In this document: positions 34,090 through 46,947 of the stretch, piece by piece | Layout: each line of letters begins with the position of its first letter | Numbering within the stretch: the first letter of the stretch is position 1 | Assembly: GCF_035594765.1 (NCBI RefSeq) | Contig: NW_026943826.1 | Coordinates: 11,521,198-11,585,197, forward strand | DNA length: 64,000 bases | Origin: Anolis carolinensis | Lineage: Eukaryota | Direction of reading: 5' to 3' | The notes under the pieces: model-generated | Database searches by the model: none | Seen by the model: the letters and a program-made list of their open reading frames with translations, nothing else | What the model was told of the DNA's origin: nothing | Made by a program: the position numbers and the translations under genes

Positions 34090-35990
34090 CAATGCTACGG
34101 AGTCCTGGGAGTTGTAGTTCAGCAAGACTCTTGTCCTTCTCTGGATGCATCTATGCTGTAAGGAGGATGCATTTTGCTACGACTCAATGCTATAAAGTCC
34201 TATGAGTTGTAGTTCATAAAAACCCTCAGCCTTCTCTGTCTGGAGTCCTGGGAGTTGTAGTTCAGCAAGACTCTTGTCCTTCTCTGGGTGCATCTATGCT
34301 GTAAGGTGGATGCATTTTGCTACGACTCAATGCTATCGAGTCCTGGGAGTTGTAGTTCATAAAAACCCTCAGCCTTCTCTGTCTGGAGTCCTGGGAGTTG
34401 TAGTTCAGCAAGACTCTTGTCCTTCTCTGGGTGCATCTATGCTGTAAGGTGGATGCATTTTGCTACGACTCAATGCTATAAAGTCCTATGAGTTGTAGTT
34501 CATAAAAACCCTCAGCCTTCTCTGTCTGGAGTCCTGGGAGTTGTAGTTCAGCAAGACTCTTGTCCTTCTCTGGATGCATCTATGCTGTAAGGAGGATGCA
34601 TTTTGCTACGACTCAATGCTATAAAGTCCTATGAGTTGTAGTTCATAAAAACCCTCAGCCTTCTCTGTCTGGAGTCCTGGGAGTTGTAGTTCAGCAAGAC
34701 TCTTGTCCTTCTCTGGGTGCATCTATGCTGTAAGGTGGATGCATTTTGCTACGACTCAATGCTATCGAGTCCTGGGAGTTGTAGTTCATAAAAACCCTCA
34801 GCCTTCTCTGTCTGGAGTCCTGGGAGTTGTAGTTCAGCAAGACTCTTGTCCTTCTCTGGGTGCATCTATGCTGTAAGGTGGATGCATTTTGCTATGACTC
34901 AATGCTATAGAGTCCTGGGAGTTGTAGTTCACCAAGACCCTTAGCCTTCTCTGTATGGAGTCCTGGGAGTTGTAGTTCAGCAAGACTCTTGTCCTTCTCT
35001 GGGTGCATTTATGCTGTAAGGTGGACTCACTTTGCTATGACTCAATGCTATGGAGTCCTGGGAGTTGTAGTTCAGAAAAACCCTTAGTCTTCTCTGTCTG
35101 GAGTCCTGGGAGTTGTAGTTCAGCAAGACTTGTCCTTCTCTGGATGCATCTATGCTGTAAGGTAGATGCATTTTGCTACAACTCAATGTTATAGAGTCCT
35201 ATGAGTTGTAGTTCAGAAAAACCCTTAGCCTACTCTGTCTGGAGTCCTGGGAGTTGTAGTTCGGCAAGACTCTTGTCCTTCTCTGGATGCATCTATGCTG
35301 TAAGGTGGATGCATTTTGCTACGACTCAATGTTATAGAGTCTTATGAGTTGTAGTTCAGAAAAACCCTTAGCCTACTCTGTCTGGAGTCCGGGGAGTTGT
35401 AGTTCAGCAAGACTCTTGTCCTTCTCTGGATGCATCTATGCTGTAAGGTCTTATGGAGTCCTGGGATAGTTTACCAAGGGCCTTAACCTTTTCTGTATGG
35501 AATCCTGGGAGTTGTAGTTCACCAAGGCCCTTGTCCTTCTCTGGAGCATCTACACTATCAGGTGGACTCACTTTGCTGCAGCTCAATGCTATGGAGTCCT
35601 GGGAGTTGTCATTCAGCAAGGGCCTTAGCCTTCTCTGGGTGTATCTACACTATCGAGTGGACATACTTTGCTATGACTCAATGCTATAGAGTCCTGGGAG
35701 TTGTAGTTCATAAAAAACCCTTAGCCTTCTCTGTCTGGAGTCCGGGGAGTTGTAGTTCAGCAAGACTCTTGTCCTTCTCTGGATGCATCTATGCTGTAAG
35801 GTGGATGCATTTTGATACGTCTCAATGCTATAGAGTCCTGGGAGTCGTAGTTCACCAAGGCCCTTAACCTTTTTGGGGCATCTACACTGTAGGGCGGACT
35901 CTCTTTGCTACGACTCAATACTATAGAGTCCTGGGAGTCGTAGTTCAGCAAGTAATTAGCCCTCTCTGGGTGCATCTGCACTGTAGGGTC
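34090..35990. repeat. 143-bp tandem repeat rich in CTGGGAGTTGTAGTT
   Basis: ttcagcaagactcttgtcc recurs at 34118, 34261, 34404, 34547, 34690, 34833, 34976. Confidence 0.92.
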
Positions 35991-36287
35991 ATGTGGCCAG
36001 CATGACTGCATGGAGTGCCATTACTTCCCCGCCGGAGCAGTACCTATTCATCTACTCACATTTGCATGTTTTCGAACGACTAAGTTGGCAGAAGCTGGGG
36101 CTAACAACAGGAACTCACCCCACTCGCCGGATTCGAACCGCCGACCTTTTGGACAGCAAGTTCAGCTGCTCAGCAGGTCAGGGTTTCGACAATGCGCTGA
36201 ATGCGCGGCTGCTTTTGCGCCGAAGTCCTAATAGGATTAACTTCCAATAGCTTTGCTGGAGTTGTATGTGGAATCGCGGACTACGGG

Positions 36288-36723
36288 ATGGCAGCAGGCG
36301 CGGATATCGTCACCCTCGTCTTGGGCGCTTTGGGACTGGCGCTGCTCGTCCTCTCCGCCGGGTCTGATTGCTGGAGGGTAAGGCCCGGGGGCGATGGGAG
36401 TTGGAGTTGGAAAAAGTTCCAATTCAACCACGGGATGAATTGGAACTGGGGGGGATCCGGTTGCCAAGCGGCGGAATCCGCACTCGGCGGCATTTCTTGT
36501 GTTTCGGGAGAGAAAAGGTCAGCCTTGCTTCTCGGAGACCTCCGACTGTGTTGTCGAAGGTTTACTAATCTGGAAAAGAAGCCGTTCTTTGCATTTCCCA
36601 ATATATAGAAGTCATTCATTTCTATAGGGTTCGCTATTTAAACACGGGTTTGCGTATCCGCGGATACTGCAGACTTGCAGGCTTCTATATCCGCGGTATT
36701 GCATTCAAGAACGTACGATGCTC

Positions 36724-36776
<53 letters not shown>

Positions 36777-37650
36777 TGCCAATCGAAAAGTCAGCAGTTT
36801 GGGCCCGGGTCGGGGTGAGCACCCGCTGTTAGCCCCAGCTCCCTGCCGATCTAGCAGAAATGTGAGTAGGTAAATAGGTACAGCTTGTTGCGAGGAGGTA
36901 ATAAAGGCGCCCTTACAAGCATCAATCATTGATACGGCTAAGGATGATAAAGCAAGTCAGCAGTTTGAGTCTAGGTCGGGGTGAGCATCCTCTGTTAGCC
37001 CCAGCTCCCTGCCCATCTAGCAGAAATGTGAGTAGGTAAATAGGTACTGCTTTTAGAGGGGAGGTAATAAAGGTGCACTTAAGAGCATCGATCATGGGGA
37101 CGGCTAAGGACGATAAAGCAAGTCAGCAGTTTGAGCCCGAGTTGGGGTGAGCACCCGCTGTTAGCCCCAGCTCCCTGCCCATCTAGCAGAAATGTGAGTA
37201 GGTAAATAGGTACAGTTTTTAGTGAGGAGGTAATAAAGGTGCCCTTACAAGCATCGATCATGGGGACGGCTAAGGACGATAAAGCAAGTCAGCAGTTTGA
37301 GCCCAGGTCGGGGTGAGCACCCGTTGTTAGCCCCAGCTCCCTGCCTATCTAGCAGAAATGTGAGTAGGTAAACAGGTACTGCTTGTTGCGAGGAGATAAT
37401 AAAGGCGCCCTTATGAGCATCGATTACGGGGACGGCTAAGGACAATAAAGCTCCTTGGCACGGAAGATGGAGCGAGGCCAGAGTCGAGCACAGTCTCCAA
37501 GGTGCCGGAAATAAGACGGGAAAGCCTTTACCTCTGTTTGTGTATTGTCTGTCCTTCTTAATTGTATAATAGCATTGAACATTTGTTGTGTGTCTTCTGG
37601 AATCCGCCCTGAGTCCTCTCAAGGAGACAGAGCGGAATATAAATAAAGTA

Positions 37651-37690
<40 letters not shown>

Positions 37691-39365
37691 TGGGACTATT
37701 GATGTCATATCGAGATAGTTCCTCCTGCAACTTTCAAGGCCCGTTTGTGCGGAATCCTTGCACGTCTTGACCCTTCTTTCCTCCAGCAAGATGCCAAGGA
37801 TCCCCTCTCGTCGGTGGGACTGAGTGTCCGGTGCCGCGGCTTGTGGAGCGAGTGCGTCTTCGACAACGTGGCCGACCTCTGGACCTGCGACATTCCCATT
37901 TCCTATCTCGGCGAGCATCCTGGTAAGAGGCAGAAAAACCCATCCCGACAGAAGGGACCCGATTGTGACGGTGGGCAGTTAAGGTCCACTAGCTATGTCC
38001 GGCCACGTGTTGCTGTGGCTTATGGGAATGCTTTGTTGGCCAGGTGGAGTAGCAGTGAAGAGATTGCCTACCCTTCTGACCAGCAACCAGGATTGAAAAC
38101 GGCTCTTCCTCGTTCTCTAATTTGCCCGTTATTTTCCAGGTTTTTTGTTTGAAAGACATAGATGGGATGACGATGTCTTTTGTGGCCAAATTTGGTGTGA
38201 TTGGGTTCAGTGGTTTTGTTGTTTACTCGGTCCTACAAACGTACATGACATTTTTATATAGATAGATAGATTCCAGGGGTACATCTAAGTCCCGAGTCCC
38301 TTCGGGGAGACAGGTAAAGTTTATCAGAGTGAGTTAAACCACTAAACAACAGAAAATCCTGCCAAGAGAAAGGTTGGTAGTTCAAGCCCAGGTCGAGCTT
38401 GAACTCCCTGCTCACCTAGCAAATCGAAAACAGAAATGTGAGTAGATAAATAGGTACCGCTTTAAGCAGGGAGGTAATAAAAGGCACTCATAAGGACACG
38501 TCAGAGGATGTCCAAGGACGACAAAGCTCCTCGGCATGGAAGAATACAACAACAGCAGCTCCCCATGGCCAAATCGAGCACAGCCGGATGCCGGAGATGA
38601 AAAAAGGGAAGCCTTGCCTCTGTTTATGTACTGTCTGTCTCTGTCAATTTTTTCTCTTTTTCCCTATGGAGTGTGATTCTCTTCTCTCTTTCCAGGCGTC
38701 CTTGTGGTCACCCGGGTCTTGGTGATCCTCTCCGGCTTGATGACTTTTTCTGCTATGCCCACGTTCATTGCCGGGATGGGTTGCACCAAGCTTTTCCACG
38801 ACAACGTTCCTCTGAAACATCAGTTTTCTCTTGCAGCTGCGACTCTATTTCTCCTGGGAGGTAAGAAGAAAGGCGGCCGGGACATTGTGTTGTTGCAAGC
38901 GATTGATGGGGACTCAAAATGGCAATAAAGTCCAAAAACTCTACTGAGCATAATGCATCAATTTCTGAAAACCACAATGTAGGGTTCGCTTCTCTTTAAT
39001 AGGTCTTTCCGGAGCGGTCGCAGTTTTTTGGTACGCTGTCGACACCGTCCAGAAGTACAAACTGGAGGTAGGTCGAACTTCAAACAAGAGTTCAGATATC
39101 TAGAATATCCCCGCAATTGCGAGATATCCTCGCAATTCAGCAATTGGGTTTCGTCATGCCTCGATAGTGAAGGATTCGTAAAGTTGCGTGTCTTTCCCAT
39201 TTCTGGAAAAGCCGAGAATCTATGAACATGAGTATCATTTTTGTATGTGATCTTTTATGACTTGTTTTTTATTGTTGATTGACTTGTTTTATTGCTTTGT
39301 TTTTATATTGTTGATGTCCAGGCTTGGCCCCATGTAAGCCGCCCCGAGTCCCTTTGGGTATAAAA

Positions 39366-39422
<57 letters not shown>

Positions 39423-40098
39423 CAGACTTCCCCAAAGATATGAGCCATAGACCCAAGATCCATACAGTAACGCATTGTGGCCCTCAAGTAAACAATCTCT
39501 TAATTTAAGGAAAGCCATGAAGCCGTTATTTCGATGATTTCTCACTCGCTGGTTTCTCACAAATTCTCTGCGACCTCCGTAACCTGACTCTCTCCTCCCG
39601 GAGACCGAGTCTCCAAATTCTAGTAACTCTTCTACTAACTTCTTGCGTGTTCCTAGGGGAAAGATCTCTCCCTTCCAGCTCCTTATCTGGTGTTGCTAAG
39701 GCACGACTAGGAGAAAGGTCCTCTTTATCATCTGATGCCACAGCATCTCTCTTTCTGCTCTGCCTTTCAGTAGGCACAAACCGTTCTCTAAAGCAGAATC
39801 TTGATCTAAAATCTCCTCCTTTCTCTCACTGTATTACCCATCAGTCCTCACAACCTCTGATAACACAATCCCCTCGTCTTCAGCCTCTGGCGGAACTACA
39901 ACATCCGTTCTCTTCCAGGTCAGCTTGGGCATCCCTGGCGTGACTTATGAGCTCGGCTATTCCTTCTGGGTGGCGGCCGCCGGGGTGGCGAGTGCCATGT
40001 CCAGTGGCCTTTTGTTGGTGGTTGCCAACTGTCTTCGAACCCAGAATCCAAGGAAGAAGGAGCCGGTCCATGAACGAAGGCTGGGAACCTACCTGTGA
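36288..40098 (+). CDS. Divergent claudin-16-family tight-junction protein, 211 aa, 5 exons
   Basis: Exons 36288-36377, 37787-37922, 38696-38860, 39003-39067, 39919-40098 (636 nt, GT-AG, no internal stops). Claudin W-GLW-C-C signature with CLDN16-type DCW..CRGLWSEC..TCD..LGEHP, then VVTR, WYAVD, YELGYSFW; four hydrophobic segments; C-terminal PDZ-type GTYL. ATTAAA at 40130-40135. Confidence 0.88.
36780..37655 (+). mobile_element. Sauria SINE with tandemly repeated 5' part and (TTA)n tail
   Basis: gtcagcagtttgagcccaggtcggggtgagcacccgctgttagccccagctccctgcc x4, then 3' body. Confidence 0.65.
37989..38268 (-). mobile_element. Short non-autonomous Helitron
   Basis: ctagctatgtccggccacgtgttgctgtggc ... 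tttttatatagataga termini; related remnant at 22670-23000. Confidence 0.7.
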
Positions 40099-40214
40099 TG
40101 CTTTCTTCAGACTCTTTCTCTCACCTCTTATTAAACCAGGGTCATTCCGATGCGCCTTTTGCCTCCAGTGAGTTGCTTTTCCCATCTATTTGCATTGCTC
40201 ATTATAAATACATA

Positions 40215-41575
40215 CCAGACTCCCACTATCTGCAGAACTCTCCGCTGCAGTTTTGAATTTAGTAATTTAATATTTTGACTCGGGGGGGGGGGGTCAGGGC
40301 TCAACAACAGTAGTACTAACAGAGTTACTCCATACTCCGGGACATCCGTAAAGTAATCCAATGGAACTCCAGACTCCCAGTATCTTCAGAACTCTCCGCT
40401 GCAGTTCTGAGTTTAGTAATTTAATATTTTGACTCGGGGGGGGGGGGGCTCAATAACGGTAGTACTAACTGAGTTCTTCCATATTACGGGACGTCCGTAA
40501 AGTAATCCAATGGAACTCCAGAATACTAACAGAGTTCCTCCATACTCCGGGACATCCGTAAAGTAATCCAATGGAACTCCAGACTCCCAGTATCTTCAGA
40601 ACTCTCCGCTGCAGTTCTGAGTTTAGTAATTTAATATTTTGACTTGGGGGTCAGGGCTCAACAACAGTAGTACTAACAGAGTTCCTCCATACTCCGGGAC
40701 ATCCGTAAAGTAATCCAATGGAACTCCAGAATACTAACAGAGTTCCTCCATACTCCAGGACGTCTGTAAAGTAATCCAATGGAACTCCAGACTCCCAGTA
40801 TCTTCAGAACTCTCCGCTGCGGTTTTGAGTGTAGTAATTTAATATTTTGACTCGGGGGCAGGGCTCAACAACAGTGGTCCCTCCATTCTCTGGGACGTCC
40901 GTAAAGTAATCCAATGTAACTCCAGACTCCCAGTATCTTCAGAACTCTCCGCTGCGGTTTTGAGTTTAGTAATTTAGTATTTTGACTTGGGGGTCGGGGC
41001 TCAACAACAGTTGTACTAACAGAGTTCCTCCATACTCCAGGACATCCGTAAAGTAATCCAATGGAACTCCAGACTCCCAGTATCTTCAGAACTCTCCGCT
41101 GCAGTTCTGAGTTTAGTAATTTAATATTTTGACTCGGAGGACAGGGTCAGGGCTCAACTCTGAGTTTAGTAATTTAATATTTTGACTCAGGGGGTCAGGG
41201 CTCAAAAACAGTAGTACTAACAGAGTTCCTCCATACTCCAGGACATCCGTAAAGTAATCCAATGGAACTCCAGACTCCCAGTATCTTCAGAACTCTCCGC
41301 TGCAGTTCTGAGTTTGGTAATTTAATATTTTGACTTGGGGGCGGGGTCAGGGCTCAACTCTGAGTTTAGTAATTTAATATTTTGACTCGGGGGGTCAGGG
41401 CTCAACAACAGTAGTACTAACAGAGTTCCTCCATACTCCGGGATGTCCGTAAAGTAATCCAATGGAACTCCAGATTCCCAGTATCTTCAGAACTCTCCGC
41501 TGCGGTTCTGAGTTTAGTAATTTAATATTTTGACTCGGCGGGCGGGGTCAGGGCTCAACAACAGCAGTACTAACA
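40215..41575. repeat. Composite tandem repeat between the convergent claudins
   Basis: ggacatccgtaaagtaatccaatggaactccagactcccagtatcttcagaactctccgctgc units. Confidence 0.9.
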
Positions 41576-41634
41576 GATGAACAAACATACATACATGCAT
41601 GAATGTTTACATATAGGTATAGATTGACTTACTC

Positions 41635-41682
<48 letters not shown>

Positions 41683-41821
41683 TACTATTGTTATTATTAA
41701 CTTTCTCAAGAATTCTCGGTGAGCTCCGCAACCTGATTCTCTCCCTCCCGCCGTTCTCCCCATGGGGACCCAAAAAGGGTCCTGGCAACAGAGTTCTTTC
41801 TGACATGCAATGTTGTTGGTG

Positions 41822-44800
41822 TCACACTCGGGATGCGACCGCATACATCTTGGAGTGGACGGTCCGTGGATGATAGACGGTGCGCTGGAACCTTCTGGAA
41901 GGGGCGGCATCACCTTTGGGAAGGAGAAATAGAGAATCGATGTTCCCAAAGCTCTGCGATGCTCAGGGCGCATTCCCTACACTGGCTTCCCTGACCATGT
42001 TCCAGAAGCATTCTCTCCTGACGTTTCGCCCACATCTCAGCCTGGGGAATCCTTTGTTGGGAGGTGTTACCTGACCAACAAAGGATTCCCCCAGTGTCAT
42101 CTCCAGATACAGAGCAAGCCCTGACAAAGAACAGATGCCAGCCATAAGACGGGCCAGCCATAAAACCTCAATTGCCCTCTGGTATGTGAGAGACCCTATA
42201 TAAATGGGATACAGAGAAGATTCTGGTATTCTGTACAATGATGATGTCATGATCTCCGATCTTTGACATCTCCGGACACAGAGCAAGTGCTGACAAAGAA
42301 CAGATGCCAGCCATAAAATGGGCCAGCCATAAAACCTCAATTACTCTCTGGTATGTGAGAGCCCCTATATAAATGGGCTACAGAGAAGATTCTGGTATTC
42401 TGTACAATAATGATGTCATGATCTCCGATCTTTGACATCTCTGGACACAGAGCAAGTGCTGACAAAGAACAGATGCCAGACATAAAACGGGCCAGCCATA
42501 AAACCTCAATTACCCCCGGTATGTGAGAGCCCCTATATAAATGGGCTACAGAGAAGATTCTGGTATTCTGTACAATGATGATGTCATGATCTCTGATCTT
42601 TGACATCTCTGGACACAGAGCAAGTGCTGACAAAGAACAGATGCCAGACATAAAACGGGCCAGCCATAAAACCTCAATTACCCCTGGTATGTGAGAGCCC
42701 CTATATAAATGGGCTACAGAGAAGATTCTGGTATTCTGTACAATAATGATGTCATGATCTCCGATCTTTGACATCTCCGGACACAGACCAAGTGCTGACA
42801 AAGAACAGATGCCAGCCATAAAACCTCAATTACCCTCTGGTATGTGAGAGCCCCTATATAAATGGGCTACAGAGAAGATTCTGGTATTCTGTACAATAAA
42901 AACCTGTTGGAATCTACCAGCGTGTGTCTTGGTGCTTTCTTCTAGTGGAAGACTTACCCACAGCACAACTGGAAGAAGAGAATCTAACACCCAGGCAGGA
43001 CGTGACCTACTCTCCCCATGTTTTGGAGAGATTCGCACACCCGCTGATTTTTGGTGAATTTTTAAATAAATCTTCCAAAAAGTATTTTTATAAGAAAACT
43101 ACAAAGCCCATTGTGGCTTAAATAGGACGTCTTACCACTGACCTTTGACGGCATAAAGGCAGCAGGTCAGCGCAATGGAGGCCACCAAACAGCCCACGGA
43201 CCCGGCCATGCCCATCCAGCAAGACCAGCCAAAGTCGTGGTAGATGCCCAGAAACACGCTGTGGAGCAACAAGGTGGACCTCTCCATGTAGACGTCGACG
43301 GCATACCAGATGGAACCCACCAGTCCAAAGATGCCTGAAAGGAGAGCAATTCGGAAAAAAAAAAGAGAGAGAGAGAATAACAGAATTATTATATTTATTT
43401 ATAATACAAATTTATGGTGGAAAGTCTTGCGCTGTTCAATAGATTATCAGTGGAAGGTACTACCTGTTGGAGGGTGTAAATGTAAATAAATAGAAGCTTT
43501 ACCACTGTTTCTGAACCAAAATACACCCTGCGGTATAATAATGTAACTTTACTTCAGTTCAAAAGCTCAAACAGAGCAACAATATATACAGCAGTCTCTC
43601 TGAATTCTGTTTCCAGTCAGCACTCTCTTCACTCTCCGAGGTGAAAGTGGCAGTTAAAACCATTTCTCCCAGTAGCAAGCTAGAGACAGTAGCCAATCAG
43701 AATTCTGGCTCTTGGCATGCTCAGCCAATCAGCTGCCACTGTTTTTGAATCAAAATATACTCTGCAGTATAATAATGTGTCACTCGGGTTTGTGTAACAA
43801 ATAACAGTAACTTTACTTCCGTTCAAAAGGTCAAGCAGAGCAACAATATATACAGCAGTCTTTCTGAATTCTTACAGAAAACAGATGGAATAAACAGTCC
43901 TTTTATACAGTCTTTAAAATATGCTTTAAAATAACGCTGGCTTCCAACTGACACACTCTCCACAGATACATATTTACCTTCCTTGCCTAGTTTCTCCATG
44001 CCTCACAACCTCTGAGGATGCCTGCCATAGATGTGGGCGAAACGTCAGGAGAGAATACTTCTGGAACATGGCCAGACAGCCGGAAAGACATACAACAACC
44101 ATGCTTCGTTTGCCTTAGAAATAATTAGTCTTCAAAGAGTTGACAGCCATTTCCTGCCTGGCTGTTTCCAGTCAGCACTCTCTTCACTCTCCGAGGTGAT
44201 AGTGGCAGTTAAAACTGTTTCTCTCAGAAACTGGAAACAGCCATTTCCTGCCTGGCTGTTTCCAGTCAGCACTCTCTTCACTGTCTGAGGTGAAAGTGGC
44301 AGTTAAAACTGTTTCTCTCAGAAACTGGAAACAGCCATTTCCTGCCTGGCTGTTTCCAGTCAGCACTCTCTTCACTCTCCGAGGTGAAAGTGGCAGTTAA
44401 AACTGTTTCTCTCAGAAGCAAGCTAGAGACAGTAGCCAATCAGAATTCTGGCTCCTGGCATGCTCAGCCAATCAGCTGCCGACACATGCCTTTCTAGTCA
44501 ACCCATCATATCGTGGTGCCTTTTACAAATCCCTGCACTACTTACTTCCAACTCCGAGAACGAAGCCGGAGGAGTAGCACATCTTCAGCTTGATCTGTGG
44601 CTCGTCCTTGAGGAACTTGACACAGTCGAGGCCCGACACCAGCAGCACCAGCGCAAAGACCGAGAGGATGTCGGCCGTGATGAGCAACGCGCGGGTCACC
44701 ACGATTTTCACTGCGGGAAGAGAGCGGAGGGCAAAGGAGAGGCGGACTACGGTTGAGCTCTAAACTGCATCTGGGAGTTCCACTGGGGTCAAAACCACAT

Positions 44801-46230
44801 TTATCCGTACAGTATAGACGCCCCATCCTTTGGTGACTTACTGGGGTGTTCGGCTAAAATGGAGTCGTACTGGTCGCAGGTCCGGATGCCGTCCTGCATG
44901 TTCGTGACACACTCTCGCCAAAGCCCCCGGCATTTGTGACTCACCTGGGAAGGAAAGGAAAGAGATAAATACTGTAAATAAGTAAATAAGTCATCTCCAG
45001 AACATTTGCTGTTGACTTGGTTGCCACCATCAGAGCTTGGTTGCGGTTGACGTGATTGACTTGGTTGCCACCATCAAAACTAAGTTGCTCTTGTCTTGGT
45101 TGACTTTGTTGCCACCATCAGAACTTGGTTGTGGTTGACTTGGTTGACTTGGTTGCCATCATCAGAACTTGGTTTCTGTTGACTTGGTTGACTTGGTTGC
45201 CACCATCAGAGCTTCATTGCTCTTGTCTTGGTTGACTTGGTTGCCACCATCAGAAGTTGGTTGGTCTTGACTTGGTTGGCACCATCAGAGCTTGGTTGTT
45301 CTTGTCTTGGTTGCCACCATCAGAACCTGGTTGCTCTTGACTTTGTTGCCACCATCAGAACTTGGTTGTTCTTGTCTTGGTTGACTTGGTTGCCACCATC
45401 AGAACCTGGTTGCTCTTGACTTTGTTGCCAACATCAGAACTTGGTTGTTCTTGTCTTGGTTGACTTGGTTGCCACCATCAGAACCTGGTTGCTCTTGACT
45501 TTGTTGCCACCATCAGAACTTGGTTGTTCTTGTCTTGGTTGACTTGGTTGCCACCATCAGAACTTGGTTGCTCTTGACTTTGTTGCCACCATCAGAACTT
45601 GGTTGTTCTTGTCTTGGTTGACTTGGTTGCCACCATCAGAACCTGGTTGCTCTTGACTTTGTTGCCACCATCAGAACTTGGTTGTTCTTGTCTTGGTTGA
45701 CTTGGTTGCCACCATCAGAACCTGGTTGCTCTTGACTTGGTTGCCACCATCAGAACTTGGTTGTTCTTGACTTTGTTGACTTGGCTGCCACCATCAGAAC
45801 TTGGTTGTTCTTGTCTTGGTTGACTTGGCTGCCACCATCAGAACTTGGTTGTTCTTGACTTTGTTGACTTGGCTGCCACCATCAGAACTTGGTTGTTCTT
45901 GTCTTGGTTGACTTGGCTGCCACCATCAGAACTTGGTTGCTCTTGACTTTGTTGACTTGGTTGCCACCATCAGAACTTGGTTGTTCTTGACTTCATTGAC
46001 TTGGCTGCCACCATCAGAACTTGGTTGCTCTTGACTTTGTTGACTTGGTTGCCACCATCAGAACTTGGTTGCTAGAAACCAATAGGATCCTGGTCCTGAC
46101 CAATGTCATGGCTCACCTCTAAGCTGTCATCAGCGTTGACCATCCAGCAGTCGGTCCAGGTTGCTGCCACCAGGAAGAGGGTCGAGATGAAGGCCACGCA
46201 GAAGGAGGCCAGCTGCAGGACCACCGCCAT
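41822..46230 (-). CDS. Claudin-16-like (paracellin-like), 221 aa, 5 exons; probably a paralog rather than the CLDN16 ortholog
   Basis: Exons 46230-46117, 44944-44842, 44710-44546, 43334-43143, 41913-41822 (666 nt). [50 protein letters not shown]...[12 protein letters not shown]...[21 protein letters not shown]...[12 protein letters not shown]...KMYAVASRV closely follows CLDN16. Symbol withheld because the neighbours are CLDN19/P3H1, not CLDN1/P3H2. Confidence 0.92.
42100..42900. repeat. ~168-bp tandem repeat
   Basis: 56-aa periodicity in ORF track; intron 4 of the claudin-16-like gene. Confidence 0.9.
44009..44049 (+). ncRNA. Minimal type I hammerhead ribozyme motif in Penelope fragment 43935-44105
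   Basis: CCU-CUGAGGA-U-GCCUGC(cauagau)GUGGGC-GAAAC-GUC-AGG; differs from 9130-9170 only in loop II. Confidence 0.65.
45008..46072. repeat. ~30-40-bp minisatellite
   Basis: (ttgacttggttgccaccatcagaacttggttgttc)n. Confidence 0.95.
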
Positions 46231-46259
46231 TGGGAGAACTCTGAAAGACCAGAGGTTGG

Positions 46260-46295
<36 letters not shown>

Positions 46296-46896
46296 TCCAC
46301 CACAGACATCCCAGTGTTTCTGACTTTCTCCATTGGTGTGCAATTTGTAGTCCACCCACAACCAGGGAAACTGTGACCTCCACCAATGATGGACCTGGAC
46401 CAAACTTGGTACCAAGAACCTCCATGACTCACTCAACCTACTGGAGGAGTTTGAGGAGACTGACTCACCATGATGGGAGTTGTAGTTCACCCACAACCAG
46501 GTAAACCGGACCTCCACCAATGATGGAGCTGGACCAAACTTGGCATGCAGAAACTCCATGACTCACTCAACCTACTGGAGGAGTTTGAGGAGACTGACTC
46601 ACCCTAGCGGGAGTTGTAGTTCACCCTACATGCGTATAGTGGGAGTTGTAGTTCACCCTACAGCCAGAGAGCACACTCAACCCCACCCATGATGCCTCCA
46701 GAGCAAACTTGCGCAACATAACAAACTTTAAGTACTGATGGAGTTTATCGGGCTTGGCCTGGCATGATGGGAGTTGTAGTTCACCCACAATATTATGCAT
46801 TTGGTACAATTAAAAAATTGACTTAAATAACCCGAGCAATATACCTAGTGTATAATAATGACAATGATGATAATAATGCATTAATGTGCATAGTGC

Positions 46897-46947
<51 letters not shown>

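Noticed and set aside
39425-39900. Minus-strand 83-aa ORF (39526-39777) as a nested gene
   Set aside because: No recognisable homology or splice structure; more likely a retroelement remnant in claudin intron 4.
41822-46230. Naming this gene CLDN16
   Set aside because: Synteny with CLDN19/P3H1, a shorter tail and visible divergence point to a paralog; needs phylogeny.
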